From positions 140,634-204,633 of the IMG/VR virus record IMGVR_UViG_3300033977_000108: 64,000 bases of DNA. The stretch is one strand, 5' to 3'. Of this stretch, positions 26,499 through 36,242 are shown piece by piece. The notes under the pieces are model-generated. The model saw nothing but the letters and a program-made list of their open reading frames with translations. It ran no database searches and was not told where the DNA came from. Numbering within the stretch: position 1 is the stretch's first letter; the number at the start of each line of letters is the position of its first letter. The position numbers and the translations under genes are program-made.

Positions 26499-27281
26499 TT
26501 ATCCTTTCGGAACGATATCTTCGTATTTTCTCCATCGGCGGGCGCCGCTGGAATAGGTAACATAGCAGGACTCTCTTTCTAGTACAAACCCTAATTCCAG
26601 CCCAAGGCGGCAATAAAGTGCCCCTTTTGGCCAGTTATAAGAGCTTTGATAGTGCCGGTTTATTGATTTTGGGTCATACAAGGCATCAAATCTCTCCTCG
26701 AACCATTCCCAATGGGTACCGGGTACGGTAACCAATGCTACACGGCCGCTAACGAAAACGGAAGCGCCACTGGATTTCAAACTTGCTGGTATGTGGACCG
26801 ACTCGTAGCCGTGCTTGTCAATTTCCCAGTCCCCATAGGCATAGCGGCGTACAATGGCGGGCAGTTGATTTGGATGATAGTTTTTCTGCCTCTCGCGTCG
26901 CAGCAACTCTGCGGTAATTGCTTGTCGCATGAGATCCACAAAGCACAGCTTGCCGGTAGTGAGAGTATACTCTCCGTTTAGAATCTCTCTGGCCTTTGAT
27001 AGAGCATTGTAATACCTATGCCCGGCCTTTTCGCCCCAGCCATCTTTCAGCCGTTGGCCCAATTCGTCGTCGGTCTTGCCCTCCATGAACTTCAAATAGC
27101 GCGTCAATTTGTATCGGTTCTTATTCGGGTCGGGATAGACCTTGACTTCATGTGTTTCTTCCTCTATTGTATCTATGAGCCCATGTATCTGTCCAATAGC
27201 ACTATTGAAGTCTTGTGGCACATCCAAATTTGGGAGCCAATCAGTCGCTGGTTCTATAGGTTCCCTATCATCGCCGGCCAT
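26499..27281 (-). CDS. hypothetical protein
   Basis: 260-aa ORF with GGAGG RBS. Confidence 0.6.
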   Translation of the reverse strand: MAGDDREPIEPATDWLPNLDVPQDFNSAIGQIHGLIDTIEEETHEVKVYPDPNKNRYKLTRYLKFMEGKTDDELGQRLKDGWGEKAGHRYYNALSKAREILNGEYTLTTGKLCFVDLMRQAITAELLRRERQKNYHPNQLPAIVRRYAYGDWEIDKHGYESVHIPASLKSSGASVFVSGRVALVTVPGTHWEWFEERFDALYDPKSINRHYQSSYNWPKGALYCRLGLELGFVLERESCYVTYSSGARRWRKYEDIVPKG

Positions 27282-28354
27282 AATACCTCCTTTGTTGTCT
27301 GAATAATCAAGTCATTGATGAGCTTGAAGTCCGGGCTCTCCGGCACCGCGAAGTCCTTGATTTCATTGATTTTATTTATCATTTCATCGGCGTAATCTAC
27401 AGCCTTTTCGTAAGACCAGGTACCTTGGCGTATGCTAAGGAGCTCTTGGGCATCCGGCCGGCGGACAAGGAGTTTGCCTTCAGTCAGGATTTCATAGCCG
27501 GTGCGGAGCAGACGGATAAGATGGGCGGCATGCCTTGTATCGTATCCGAACTTGACCTCTGATTCGTGTCTCTTTGGATCTCGGCGGGCCATCCATTCAG
27601 TGTATTGCTGCCGCTTCTTCTTGGCCTCCTTGAACTTCAGCTCGTCGAAGACCAAGCACTTTCCGTTCAGGTACTCCTTCTCTCTGAAGAACATCATTGA
27701 TCTCTCATCTGGCTCGGCGAGGCCTGTATCTTCCATCTGGCTTAGATAGGCATCCATAGGCTCTGTCTTTGGTTGCTGCCTCCAGGATAGATAGCAGTCC
27801 AAGCTTGTTGAAGGGAGTTGCATCTTTGAAGCGAACTCATTCTCCATGCGTTCCACCACATTACTGCCAAAGCGCCATTGTACCCATTCTCTACACACCT
27901 TCTCATTTATTACCAATGGCCATAGTATTTCCATCGCTCGCAGCTCTTGGCTTATCCATCTCTTGTGATTATGTATCCTATGAAGCTGGGCAGAAGCATA
28001 TCCGACATAGGTTTTGGCGCATCTCTGGGATAGGAAAGCATCCCTATGGTGTATAAGTGGCGCGAATTCAAGCCGGCACAATAGAATATCCTCGGGATCT
28101 ACAAACAACATCTCCAAGACATTCGGGTTGTTGGCGATTGCCAAATGGGCAAATTGTCGGAGCGAATAGTAGGCGCAATCTTCATCATTCTTGGTGTCAA
28201 GTATATCAAAGGCTCTCAGGCCGAGGAAGTATTCCTCCGGCGGAATGAAAATGCCACGATAGTCATAGTCGGATTCCGGTGTACTGAAACCGTAAGCCCT
28301 ACTACCTGATAGTATTTTGTAGATAAGATGCTTTTCAGCCAGTCCTTTGTCCAC
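27254..28354 (-). CDS. Pol-beta superfamily nucleotidyltransferase (RlaP/YcgL-like)
   Basis: SGSRAYGFSTPESDYDYRGIF, NPNVLEMLF, YVGYA..Q, YDTRHAAHLIRLL. Confidence 0.85.
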   Translation of the reverse strand: MDKGLAEKHLIYKILSGSRAYGFSTPESDYDYRGIFIPPEEYFLGLRAFDILDTKNDEDCAYYSLRQFAHLAIANNPNVLEMLFVDPEDILLCRLEFAPLIHHRDAFLSQRCAKTYVGYASAQLHRIHNHKRWISQELRAMEILWPLVINEKVCREWVQWRFGSNVVERMENEFASKMQLPSTSLDCYLSWRQQPKTEPMDAYLSQMEDTGLAEPDERSMMFFREKEYLNGKCLVFDELKFKEAKKKRQQYTEWMARRDPKRHESEVKFGYDTRHAAHLIRLLRTGYEILTEGKLLVRRPDAQELLSIRQGTWSYEKAVDYADEMINKINEIKDFAVPESPDFKLINDLIIQTTKEVLWPAMIGNL

Positions 28355-28355
28355 G

Positions 28356-28787
28356 CTATAGTGCCTCCGTCAACGCATGTGACTCCTTTAGGTCTTTGTC
28401 TAATACCTTATCTAGTGCTTGGTGCAATTTCTTCCTCACGGTCTCATTATCATCACGCAGGCAATAGATATCTCCTGTCAGTTCAATCTCTACTTTAGCA
28501 TAGGTAGCTATGGAGCCTTCCACTTTGCCTCTATTTTCAACCGGAGTATCTCCAGCCAGGTACAACAGTGCCTGCCCGAACTCCATGGCTTGCGCACCTG
28601 TCAGATTAGCTACAGTCGTTTTCGATCTGGACCAGTAGCCTTCGATACTCAGTCTTATGTTATCGTCGTCGGCTTTGGTCAATTCCAGATTTCGTAGTCG
28701 TGCCCTGGTGGCAGAACCCGGCCAGCCAGTTGCCTTTACTTCTAGAACTATCTTGCCCGGCGCACTTTTATCTATCCAGCGACTCAT
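28356..28787 (-). CDS. hypothetical protein
   Basis: 143-aa ORF; helix A..FGQAL similar to the 31.8-32.3 kb pair. Confidence 0.6.
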   Translation of the reverse strand: MSRWIDKSAPGKIVLEVKATGWPGSATRARLRNLELTKADDDNIRLSIEGYWSRSKTTVANLTGAQAMEFGQALLYLAGDTPVENRGKVEGSIATYAKVEIELTGDIYCLRDDNETVRKKLHQALDKVLDKDLKESHALTEAL

Positions 28788-29053
28788 AACTTGTTCTCGC
28801 CGGTTAGATCCGCGGCGCTTGGTATGTCCCGTATGTGCAGCTCTGTATCCTCCCCAAAACCTAAACCGGCATAGATTTGCTCCGCTGTAATTGGCAGCAG
28901 ATTGGAGATAACAACGGTGATTTTCAATCGACCGGGCCTCGCATCCTTGTCGAGGAAGGCAGTTGCTTCCAGCATGGAGTTCGGGTCAATCAATGGGGTG
29001 CCATCAGAGCACTCAAAAATCGGCCAGAAGGTTATTGTCTTCGCTTGGTTCAT
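28784..29053 (-). CDS. hypothetical protein
   Basis: 89-aa coupled ORF. Confidence 0.5.
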   Translation of the reverse strand: MNQAKTITFWPIFECSDGTPLIDPNSMLEATAFLDKDARPGRLKITVVISNLLPITAEQIYAGLGFGEDTELHIRDIPSAADLTGENKL

Positions 29054-29240
29054 AGTCTCCTATACATTCTCCTTTATGCCCCCTTATTCGGGCGCAGTGG
29101 ATAATCAAAGACACCTTACCGTTGCTGATATAGCCATAGCCCGGGCATTTATCGCCCAGCAGCCAATGAAAAAGCCTCACATACCAGGGAGACATGTGAG
29201 GCGTATCTAACCAATACTTTCGTATTGTATTATTAAGCAT

Positions 29241-31817
29241 TCATCCTCCTCCGCATTTGTTATACGGGCAGACTAGGCATCTTACGCAGCCCTCGGCCCG
29301 CACCAAAGTGTATCTGCCGCATTGGGGGCATATCTTATCCAACTCCTCCCCTACCGGAGGGCCTGTGTATTCCTCTATCGGGGGCTTGGGCTCGGCCGTC
29401 GCTGCTGTCTCAGTGGGTACCACGGCCTGTGTAAAGTACTCCTGGGCCATTTCCAATACCTGGGCTATGGCCTGGGCAATGGAAGTCAAAATATTGCCTC
29501 TGAGCACAATAGTGCTCTGACCAAGCGTTCTGTTAAGCTGCTTCTGTATCTTTTGGATGGGAATCCTTGAGCGTAGCAGCAAGCTCAACAGTCTGCCTGT
29601 CAGCTCCCAGGCCTCATTGCCGGAGTTTTCCCTAATAAAGACTTCAAGGATGCATTTCAGGTCGGGATCGTAGTTTACCGTGACATAGACGGTGCCGTGG
29701 GGCGTATTTATCTTCCAAGTGGCGCCTGGTAGGAGATCCGCCCTATGAATGTATCCATTTGCTTCCACTTTCTCGGCGGGTGCCTCTACGATTTGGGGCA
29801 GTTCTTCTATTTTGGATGCTGCTGGCTCTACTTTTGCCTCCTTTTTCAACAGTACCCCTTCTCGGCATCCGTCCCTGTATACAGTGACCGATTTACAGCC
29901 CAGTTCATGGGCAAGTTCGTACACTTGTCGTACATCTTCTATTGTGGCAGCGTGGGCCAGGTTCACGGTCTTTGATACACCGTTGTCGCAGTACTTCTGG
30001 AAGGCAGCCTGCATCCTAACATGTTCTTCTGGCGTGACTTCGTGGGCTGCGACTGCGTAATCCGGCCAAAACTTGGCTTCCAATCCAGCCACAATGTCTT
30101 TCCGACTATTATCATCCCATGCTTCCTTGAACCAATGGACATACTCACGCGTGCCGACTGTATCCTGCCGTTTCATTTCGTAAGCAAAGACCGGTTCAAT
30201 ACCTGAGGAGCACTCGGCAAGCAGGGAGATGGTTCCTGTTGGGGCTATTGTAGTTACTTGGCAATTCCTTACGCCATACCGGACTGCTCGGTTATATAGC
30301 CCTTCCTTTGGATCATAGTCGAAGTTGGTATTGGCGTAATCGTATTCGAGCTTATTTAGCTTCTCACAAAAGAAAGAACTGCTGTCATAACTGGCAGTAT
30401 TATACTGTGGATAGGCCCCATACTTAGCAGCGAGTTCTGTGCTTGTATACCACGCCCAGTAATCAATGAATAGCATCACCCTCTCTGCCAAGTCGAGAGA
30501 GTCTTTGGAGCCGTAGCGTATGCCAAGCATCAGCAGCAAGTCAGCCCAGCCCATTACGCCTAATCCCACCGGTCGGCTATCCAGGGTGACCTTCTTGATT
30601 TCCGGTATAGGATATTCATTGATATCTATAACAGCGTTTAGATAGTAGATGGCGGCTATTACTGTCCCTTTCAGCCGGCCCCAGTCAATCCTATTGACAA
30701 CAGGGTTTTCCGTCTTCGTGAATGCGCCCCAACCTTCCTTCACAAACTTGGACAGGTTTATTGAGCCCAGGATGCAAGATGAATAAGGCACTTGCCAGTA
30801 TTCGCCGCATGGATTGGATGTAGCTATCTTGCCCATCTGCGGCACTGGATTATCCTGGTTGATGCGGTCGATAAACGCTACTCCAGGTTCCCCGGAGGCC
30901 CAGGCGGACTCTACTATGCGCTCCCAGACCTCTTTAGCAGGGAGAGAGTAGATCTCAACACCGTCTTTCCCCTGCCGACCCGCGAATTTAGCATTGAGGC
31001 TGCCTCTTGGATCTGTTACCCGATAGGTGCCAGTTGTCCATTCTGAGTTATGCACCTCGTATTGATGGTCGTTTTCTACCGCCTGCCAGAATTTGTCTGT
31101 GATTTTCACTGTCAGGTTGAATTCACTATAAGGTGCCACCCAATCAGTGAAATGGAGTACCTCCTCTGCCCCCTCTTTCCCGAACTTGTAGTCATCCATT
31201 AGCTTCTTCACGAGAGCGGGCTTTGTTTCGCGCTTACAGTCAATAAAGTGAAGGATTTCCGGGTGATGAACGGACATTTGGCCCATCATGGCACCGCGTC
31301 GGCGCCCGCCTTGGGCGATGGTGCGGTTCATAGTTTGAAAGGCGGTCATGAAAGACAGCGCGCCGGATGATACGCCACCGCTGGAGGTGATAGTTCCTGT
31401 GGTGCGCAGGTCGCTGAAGTCCATACCAATGCCACCACCTAACTTTCCTATGATCGCGCCTTCCCTCACAGCTTGGTAAATCTCTCGTATGGAGTCGCCG
31501 ACCGGCAGGATGAAGCAAGCACTGCCCATCTCTATTTTATTGCCTATATTGAAGTAAACAGGCAGGTTAGCAAGGAACTCCTGATTGTATTGCATGCGAT
31601 AGTATTCGTTTGCCCAGTATGTATAGTCAGATGCCAGGTTCGCAATAACCTTGGGCTGCGCGTCCGTCTTTTGGGTAGGGTCAACGGTAAATCTGGCCAG
31701 CCGGGCTGATACCCTATCGCACATGCCCTCAAAGGTCTCGGCAATCTTCCCGTCTTTGTCCCTCATCAAGCAGAAAGCTTCAAGCACCGCTTGTGTATTA
31801 GGTTGTAGTTTTTTCAT
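29241..31817 (-). CDS. nrdJ: class II (adenosylcobalamin-dependent) ribonucleotide reductase
   Basis: ACF, GGGIG, GGRRRGAMM, SGEPG, NPCGE, SCILGSINL, TTIAPTGT, GIEP, SKTVN, TVYRDG; C-terminal TSCPD-like and Zn-ribbon domains. Confidence 0.93.
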   Translation of the reverse strand: MKKLQPNTQAVLEAFCLMRDKDGKIAETFEGMCDRVSARLARFTVDPTQKTDAQPKVIANLASDYTYWANEYYRMQYNQEFLANLPVYFNIGNKIEMGSACFILPVGDSIREIYQAVREGAIIGKLGGGIGMDFSDLRTTGTITSSGGVSSGALSFMTAFQTMNRTIAQGGRRRGAMMGQMSVHHPEILHFIDCKRETKPALVKKLMDDYKFGKEGAEEVLHFTDWVAPYSEFNLTVKITDKFWQAVENDHQYEVHNSEWTTGTYRVTDPRGSLNAKFAGRQGKDGVEIYSLPAKEVWERIVESAWASGEPGVAFIDRINQDNPVPQMGKIATSNPCGEYWQVPYSSCILGSINLSKFVKEGWGAFTKTENPVVNRIDWGRLKGTVIAAIYYLNAVIDINEYPIPEIKKVTLDSRPVGLGVMGWADLLLMLGIRYGSKDSLDLAERVMLFIDYWAWYTSTELAAKYGAYPQYNTASYDSSSFFCEKLNKLEYDYANTNFDYDPKEGLYNRAVRYGVRNCQVTTIAPTGTISLLAECSSGIEPVFAYEMKRQDTVGTREYVHWFKEAWDDNSRKDIVAGLEAKFWPDYAVAAHEVTPEEHVRMQAAFQKYCDNGVSKTVNLAHAATIEDVRQVYELAHELGCKSVTVYRDGCREGVLLKKEAKVEPAASKIEELPQIVEAPAEKVEANGYIHRADLLPGATWKINTPHGTVYVTVNYDPDLKCILEVFIRENSGNEAWELTGRLLSLLLRSRIPIQKIQKQLNRTLGQSTIVLRGNILTSIAQAIAQVLEMAQEYFTQAVVPTETAATAEPKPPIEEYTGPPVGEELDKICPQCGRYTLVRAEGCVRCLVCPYNKCGGG

Positions 31818-32052
31818 TATTCTCCTTTGCTCTATGGGCCACCTCTATTAGCGCGTGGCCCAGCTCTTCAGCTTTTTCTGGATTGAGAAATAAGGTTGCC
31901 CTGTATCCATTCCTGGGGCCGATCATGCGTAGTCTAACTCCGTATTCTTGACCCAGAAATCCGAAGCGGCTTGCCCATACCACTACTTTAGAATTGGCCG
32001 TGCTCCAACAAACGCCTTGTATAGTAATGGATTGATCGGTTTCAGGGTCCAC
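31798..32052 (-). CDS. small hypothetical protein (paralog of 32042-32284)
   Basis: GTG start inferred; LNPEKAEELGHAL motif. Confidence 0.55.
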   Translation of the reverse strand: MDPETDQSITIQGVCWSTANSKVVVWASRFGFLGQEYGVRLRMIGPRNGYRATLFLNPEKAEELGHALIEVAHRAKENNEKTTT

Positions 32053-32284
32053 TATGTATTCCTGCGGCTTTGGTGCCCTTAAGCCTCGCCTCTGAAGCCT
32101 GCGAGAGCAATAAGTGGCCAAGCTCCTCTGCTTCTTCTGGGGATAGCAATTGGTGTTTGGCATAGCCTCCCAGCGGGCCGCAAAGGATAAGGCTAACAGT
32201 GTTCGCGCTACGCACATCCACATAAGCCAGGCCCCTCATGATGCCTCTAAACCTCAGTTCTGTGCCACCATACCAGTGTATCAT
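32042..32284 (-). CDS. small hypothetical protein (paralog of 31798-32052)
   Basis: LSPEEAEELGHLL motif. Confidence 0.55.
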   Translation of the reverse strand: MIHWYGGTELRFRGIMRGLAYVDVRSANTVSLILCGPLGGYAKHQLLSPEEAEELGHLLLSQASEARLKGTKAAGIHSGP

Positions 32285-32353
32285 GCGGCTTTCTTACTCC
32301 TTCCGTTATCAACTCTGTCGGCGAAGTATTCCTTGCCCACACTGTCTCTGTGT

Positions 32354-33046
32354 TCATAGAGGCTCGCCCTTCTTGAGCTTATCCAGCACAGCTTTCAGGT
32401 AGCCGAGCAGCCTTTCGGCATTGCCGAACTTTTCCTCCGACCATTGATAGATAGGATGGTCGCTGCGCAGCACAAAGGCTGGGTGGGGCATGCAGTAGAA
32501 CAGCACACCAGGAAGTAACCTATCATTGGTGAACCAATCGCCTTGCCCATAAGGATTGTCTGCCCCGGCGAACTGCTCCTGAGCCACCGCCCCAAGCAAT
32601 ACAACCACTTTCAGGTTAGGCATAGCACGCAGGACATTCAGGCAGCGAGGGAAGCACACAGCCAGTTCTTCCTTGTCCGGTGGCCTGAATTCACCCTTGC
32701 CAGGCTCTTTCGGGTCTTTCTTCACACGCGGCGTAATACATTGGAGAACATTGCCGATAAAACTGTCTTTATCGGCGTTTATCCCCAGGAAACTACACCA
32801 CTTATTCAGCAAGTTGCCGCCTTCTCCCATCATGGCTCGGCCGGTTTCCCACTCTTTGTCGGCCGGCATAATGCCTATCCAAGCAAGGCTGGCCTTCGGA
32901 TTACCGCGCCATACGAAGCCATAGTTATTGGGGAACTTGTAGCCCAAAGCGCAATCGCGGCACTTGCCGGTATAGCGCTTTATTGTCTGTACTACATCTT
33001 CCTTCTTGCTGGCAGGGAGCTCTAATCCAAGATTCAATTGGTTCAT
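32354..33046 (-). CDS. family 4 uracil-DNA glycosylase-like protein (divergent active site)
   Basis: CxxC, GNPKA, N..QC, RPP..EEL..C, HPAFVLR; motif A reads GIMPA instead of GE(A/G)PG. Confidence 0.8.
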   Translation of the reverse strand: MNQLNLGLELPASKKEDVVQTIKRYTGKCRDCALGYKFPNNYGFVWRGNPKASLAWIGIMPADKEWETGRAMMGEGGNLLNKWCSFLGINADKDSFIGNVLQCITPRVKKDPKEPGKGEFRPPDKEELAVCFPRCLNVLRAMPNLKVVVLLGAVAQEQFAGADNPYGQGDWFTNDRLLPGVLFYCMPHPAFVLRSDHPIYQWSEEKFGNAERLLGYLKAVLDKLKKGEPL

Positions 33047-33185
33047 GGCGGCGGTATCCTATTGAAGACGGAGTCTCTTAATGCGCCCCGCCACACAGCC
33101 ATAAGAGCCAAGGTGAAGCCGCACAAAAGCAGTAGATAGAACTCCCTGTGTATCATCTCCGATAGTAAAAACCTTATGAAGCGCT

Positions 33186-33665
33186 TCATACTTTGTTGCC
33201 AATCACGGTCCCAGGGGATGTATCAACAATCTTTATTTGTATGCCGGCTTCGTCCAGCATTTCCTTGGCAATCAATAGATCGGGCCCCCAGCGTGGATTG
33301 TCGTATTCTGGCGGTGTTGTGACAATCCTCTTTATCCCAGCCTGGATTATCGCCCTGGCGCAGTCCGTGCAGCAAAGGCTCATAAGATAGATGGTGCAAC
33401 CCTCCATAGGGATGCCTATCCTTGCCGCATTGTAAATAGCGTTGCGCTCCCCGTGTTCGTACCACCGGTATTTCAGCGGGCGTTCGTTCCGCGCTTTGAC
33501 ATTGTCATTCAGCCCGCGGCACAAGCCATTGTAGCCCGTCGCCCGTACTACATGGCTGTCGTCAGCGATAACAGTGCCTATTTTAGTTGATTCGTCTTTG
33601 CTCCAGCCTGAGATGTATCGCGCCAGTTCCAGAAGCCGTACATCCCAGTTCACTTTTTCACTCAT
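33186..33665 (-). CDS. dCMP deaminase
   Basis: SKDESTKIG, GYNG, HGERNAI, CCTDCARAIIQAGI. Confidence 0.9.
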   Translation of the reverse strand: MSEKVNWDVRLLELARYISGWSKDESTKIGTVIADDSHVVRATGYNGLCRGLNDNVKARNERPLKYRWYEHGERNAIYNAARIGIPMEGCTIYLMSLCCTDCARAIIQAGIKRIVTTPPEYDNPRWGPDLLIAKEMLDEAGIQIKIVDTSPGTVIGNKV

Positions 33666-33673
33666 CTTTCCTC

Positions 33674-34837
33674 CTATGATTGCACGCAAGCCAATAGGTA
33701 GGTTGCAGTCTGCTCAGCGTTGTCATTGTCTAATAGCAAGACCCTCGTGCTATCAGTAGTAGTAGTAATAGTCAGCACATTGCCGCTATTCTTCAGCATT
33801 ATGGGGGTCAAGTATCTGGCATTCAAGTACATAGTATGTGCCAGTTTCTGGGCTGGGTCGGCGCCGTTGACTGATGCGCTGAAACTACCAGTCGTCCTGC
33901 CGCCAGTGCTCAAGCTCAAGGTATTACCCTTGAGTACGATTTTTATCTTGCCGTCGTCGGCGAAAGGTATCGCGCGCTGTAAGGCCTGCCGCAGTATATT
34001 ATAGTCTATTTTGAAGGAGCTGCCAGCTATTTTATGAGCCTGTTCCAGTGCCAGGTTAGGGTTGGGGAAAGGCTCGGTGAGCAAGGAAACCCCAAAGAAT
34101 ACTCTCGCGAACTTGAAGAATACCTTGGTTGGTTTTCCGTCCTCGCCCTTGTCAAACACTACCTGGACTAACTCCTCCTTGGCTCTGGATAGCAGAGACT
34201 TCAGAAAAGCTAATCCATAGCCTGGAATCAAGGCTTGGTGGCCAGGCCCTGGAGACTTCTCGTCTTTTGAATAGGCAACGGCCAGGATGTTCCCGTCGGT
34301 TGCCTCAGCAACGTAGCCATCCTGCACTGTTTTCAGATTGACGCCGGACATAGCTATAGTCCGGCTCGCAGTAGTGCAGAATTCGGTCCTGGCAATCATC
34401 TCGGTCAACTTGTCGGCCTCCATTTCAAATAGAGGCTTTTCCTTGAACGGCATAGTATCTACCAGAGACTTTATGCCTGGATCGCCGGCGCCACCCAGCA
34501 CCATGCCCTTGCCCAGGCTGGACTTGAAGTCAAGGTTGCCGCTATTGCTGGCTGACAATTCCACTTCCTCTTCTTCCGGCAAGTTATAGAGAAAGTCCGT
34601 CAGCAATCGGGGACGAATAGTTACCGAGCCAAGGGTCTCCACTTCCACGGGCAGGCTGACTAATGTCTTTGCTATCATGTCGGTAGAGAACATTAGCAGC
34701 CTCTGATTGCCTTTATCTTTCTCGCCCAGCGTGTACATGTAGAGCCAGCTGCTGGGTAAGTCTTCTCTCTTTCCTATTGTTATGGCCGCTTGGGTCAGGG
34801 CCTCAAAGAATTCACCGGCCTTGGTTTTTAGTTTCAT
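33674..34837 (-). CDS. dnaN: DNA polymerase III beta sliding clamp
   Basis: 387 aa, three-domain pattern: STD..., MIART.F, SGVNL, ATDGNILA, FPN, LNARYL. Confidence 0.85.
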   Translation of the reverse strand: MKLKTKAGEFFEALTQAAITIGKREDLPSSWLYMYTLGEKDKGNQRLLMFSTDMIAKTLVSLPVEVETLGSVTIRPRLLTDFLYNLPEEEEVELSASNSGNLDFKSSLGKGMVLGGAGDPGIKSLVDTMPFKEKPLFEMEADKLTEMIARTEFCTTASRTIAMSGVNLKTVQDGYVAEATDGNILAVAYSKDEKSPGPGHQALIPGYGLAFLKSLLSRAKEELVQVVFDKGEDGKPTKVFFKFARVFFGVSLLTEPFPNPNLALEQAHKIAGSSFKIDYNILRQALQRAIPFADDGKIKIVLKGNTLSLSTGGRTTGSFSASVNGADPAQKLAHTMYLNARYLTPIMLKNSGNVLTITTTTDSTRVLLLDNDNAEQTATYLLACVQS

Positions 34838-35529
34838 TGGCCCCCTTTAGCTGTCTTCTCCTTCTTGAGTTTTATCATGCAGTCGGCGCAGAATACGCCG
34901 TTGTATTCACGTTGGGCTCTTGCCAGCACCGCAGTAGCTGACATTTCCTGGCTGTCGTGTTTGTAGGCGGTGATTTCGTTACCGCACTTCTCGCACTTAT
35001 GCTTTGGCACGGCCCATTCTGGGAGCTCTGGTATCTCTAACAGCTTCTTGCTTTCTTTGTCGTACCTCACCCAGAAACGAGGCAAGTCATAGAGATAGCG
35101 GCCCAGTCCGAAGGGCACGCAGGCACGCTTGAAGGCCTGGGCTTCGGCCGAGGTGGCTCCGTTCTCATCGCTGGCCTTGTCTTCGCCCAAGCTGGTGTGG
35201 TCTACCCTGTTTGCGTAGTTGCCGTGTGGGAAAAGTATGGTTACGGTGGCCTCTACGATTATTTTATCGCCCGTGGTCCAGACTATATAACTAGAAGTCC
35301 AGTTTGTCGGCCCGACTATGACATTTAGACGGTCAATGTAGGCGCGCGGGTCGGCGTGGGCAACAACCATCGCTTTGCATTTATCCCCTTCGCCTCTAAC
35401 GAGTTGCGGTTTCCACTTGATATCGTCCCTGTCAAAAGGCTCGCTGAGCCTTGCCAGTATCTCTTTCCTCTTTGCTTCGTTGTTATTTTCCACCTGTTCA
35501 TCTGTGGTGGTTTCTATGGTATCACTCAT
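34834..35529 (-). CDS. Rad52/Sak-family single-strand annealing protein
   Basis: LSEPF..DIKWK...A...DPRAYIDRLN..VGP.NW...AFKRAC..FGLGRYLY. Confidence 0.85.
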   Translation of the reverse strand: MSDTIETTTDEQVENNNEAKRKEILARLSEPFDRDDIKWKPQLVRGEGDKCKAMVVAHADPRAYIDRLNVIVGPTNWTSSYIVWTTGDKIIVEATVTILFPHGNYANRVDHTSLGEDKASDENGATSAEAQAFKRACVPFGLGRYLYDLPRFWVRYDKESKKLLEIPELPEWAVPKHKCEKCGNEITAYKHDSQEMSATAVLARAQREYNGVFCADCMIKLKKEKTAKGGQ

Positions 35530-35649
35530 TGGGGGTCCTCCTTCTTGATTTCTCACGCAGTTTGGCTAAGCGCTTCCTTTGGCGCCTATGCACAGCAGCC
35601 AATTGTTTATGGCTGCGCAGTCTGGTATTTCCATCGCGGCTTGGCCTAT

Positions 35650-35919
35650 TCACTTTACCTTATCCAACACATCCATTGCGTATTTCGGAATGCCCTGGGG
35701 CTCCACGCGAACCGCCTGCCAGGCAGCCGGCCCGTGGTTAGTGTCGTTCCATATCTTGAAAAGGGCTCTGTGTATAACATTGTCAGGATATAGTATAACA
35801 GCTTGGAACCTTTCCTTATTGATTTTCAGTACCCTGCCAAAGGATGGCATTCCGCAATTGCTAGCATAGACAAAGAAGTCGCCTACCGTTAATTCTTTGA
35901 GGTATCGGTCTGTCATCAT
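35650..35919 (-). CDS. small SH3-like paralog family member
   Basis: D...EL.VGDF.VY...GRVLKI...IPKYAMDVLDK. Confidence 0.65.
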   Translation of the reverse strand: MMTDRYLKELTVGDFFVYASNCGMPSFGRVLKINKERFQAVILYPDNVIHRALFKIWNDTNHGPAAWQAVRVEPQGIPKYAMDVLDKVK

Positions 35920-36242
35920 TTTGCCTTATCTAAGATAGACATTATCTTGTCTGGTACCTCCCGGGGGGAAATTACTATAAACGCACGGCGGGAAATACTG
36001 GCTTTGTAATAAGGCTTTGGCTTTAGCACGGATTTCATGAGCTTTGGGTCCCACATGGTTCTGCCCGGCGCGGCAACCGCTACCGTAAGACTGTCATCCT
36101 GTATCATCGTTATTTTGGCTACGCGCATGCTTACGCTTTGTCCATAACCCGCGCTCGCATAGACTATAAAATCTCCTCTGTGCACCAGCCGGCCGAGAAA
36201 GTCGGTATCTGGTTCTAGGATGTTGGTAGTTCCATCTGACAT
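35916..36242 (-). CDS. small SH3-like paralog family member
   Basis: DFLGRLVHRGDFIVY...AKITMI...VPDKIMSILDK. Confidence 0.65.
   Translation of the reverse strand: MSDGTTNILEPDTDFLGRLVHRGDFIVYASAGYGQSVSMRVAKITMIQDDSLTVAVAAPGRTMWDPKLMKSVLKPKPYYKASISRRAFIVISPREVPDKIMSILDKAK

Noticed and set aside
29241-31817. Intein or intron in nrdJ or recA
   Set aside because: Both ORFs are uninterrupted and of normal length, with no splicing motifs
33175-33190. Perfect 16-bp palindrome TATGAAGCGCTTCATA
   Set aside because: Single occurrence spanning a stop/start junction; no second copy seen to support an operator
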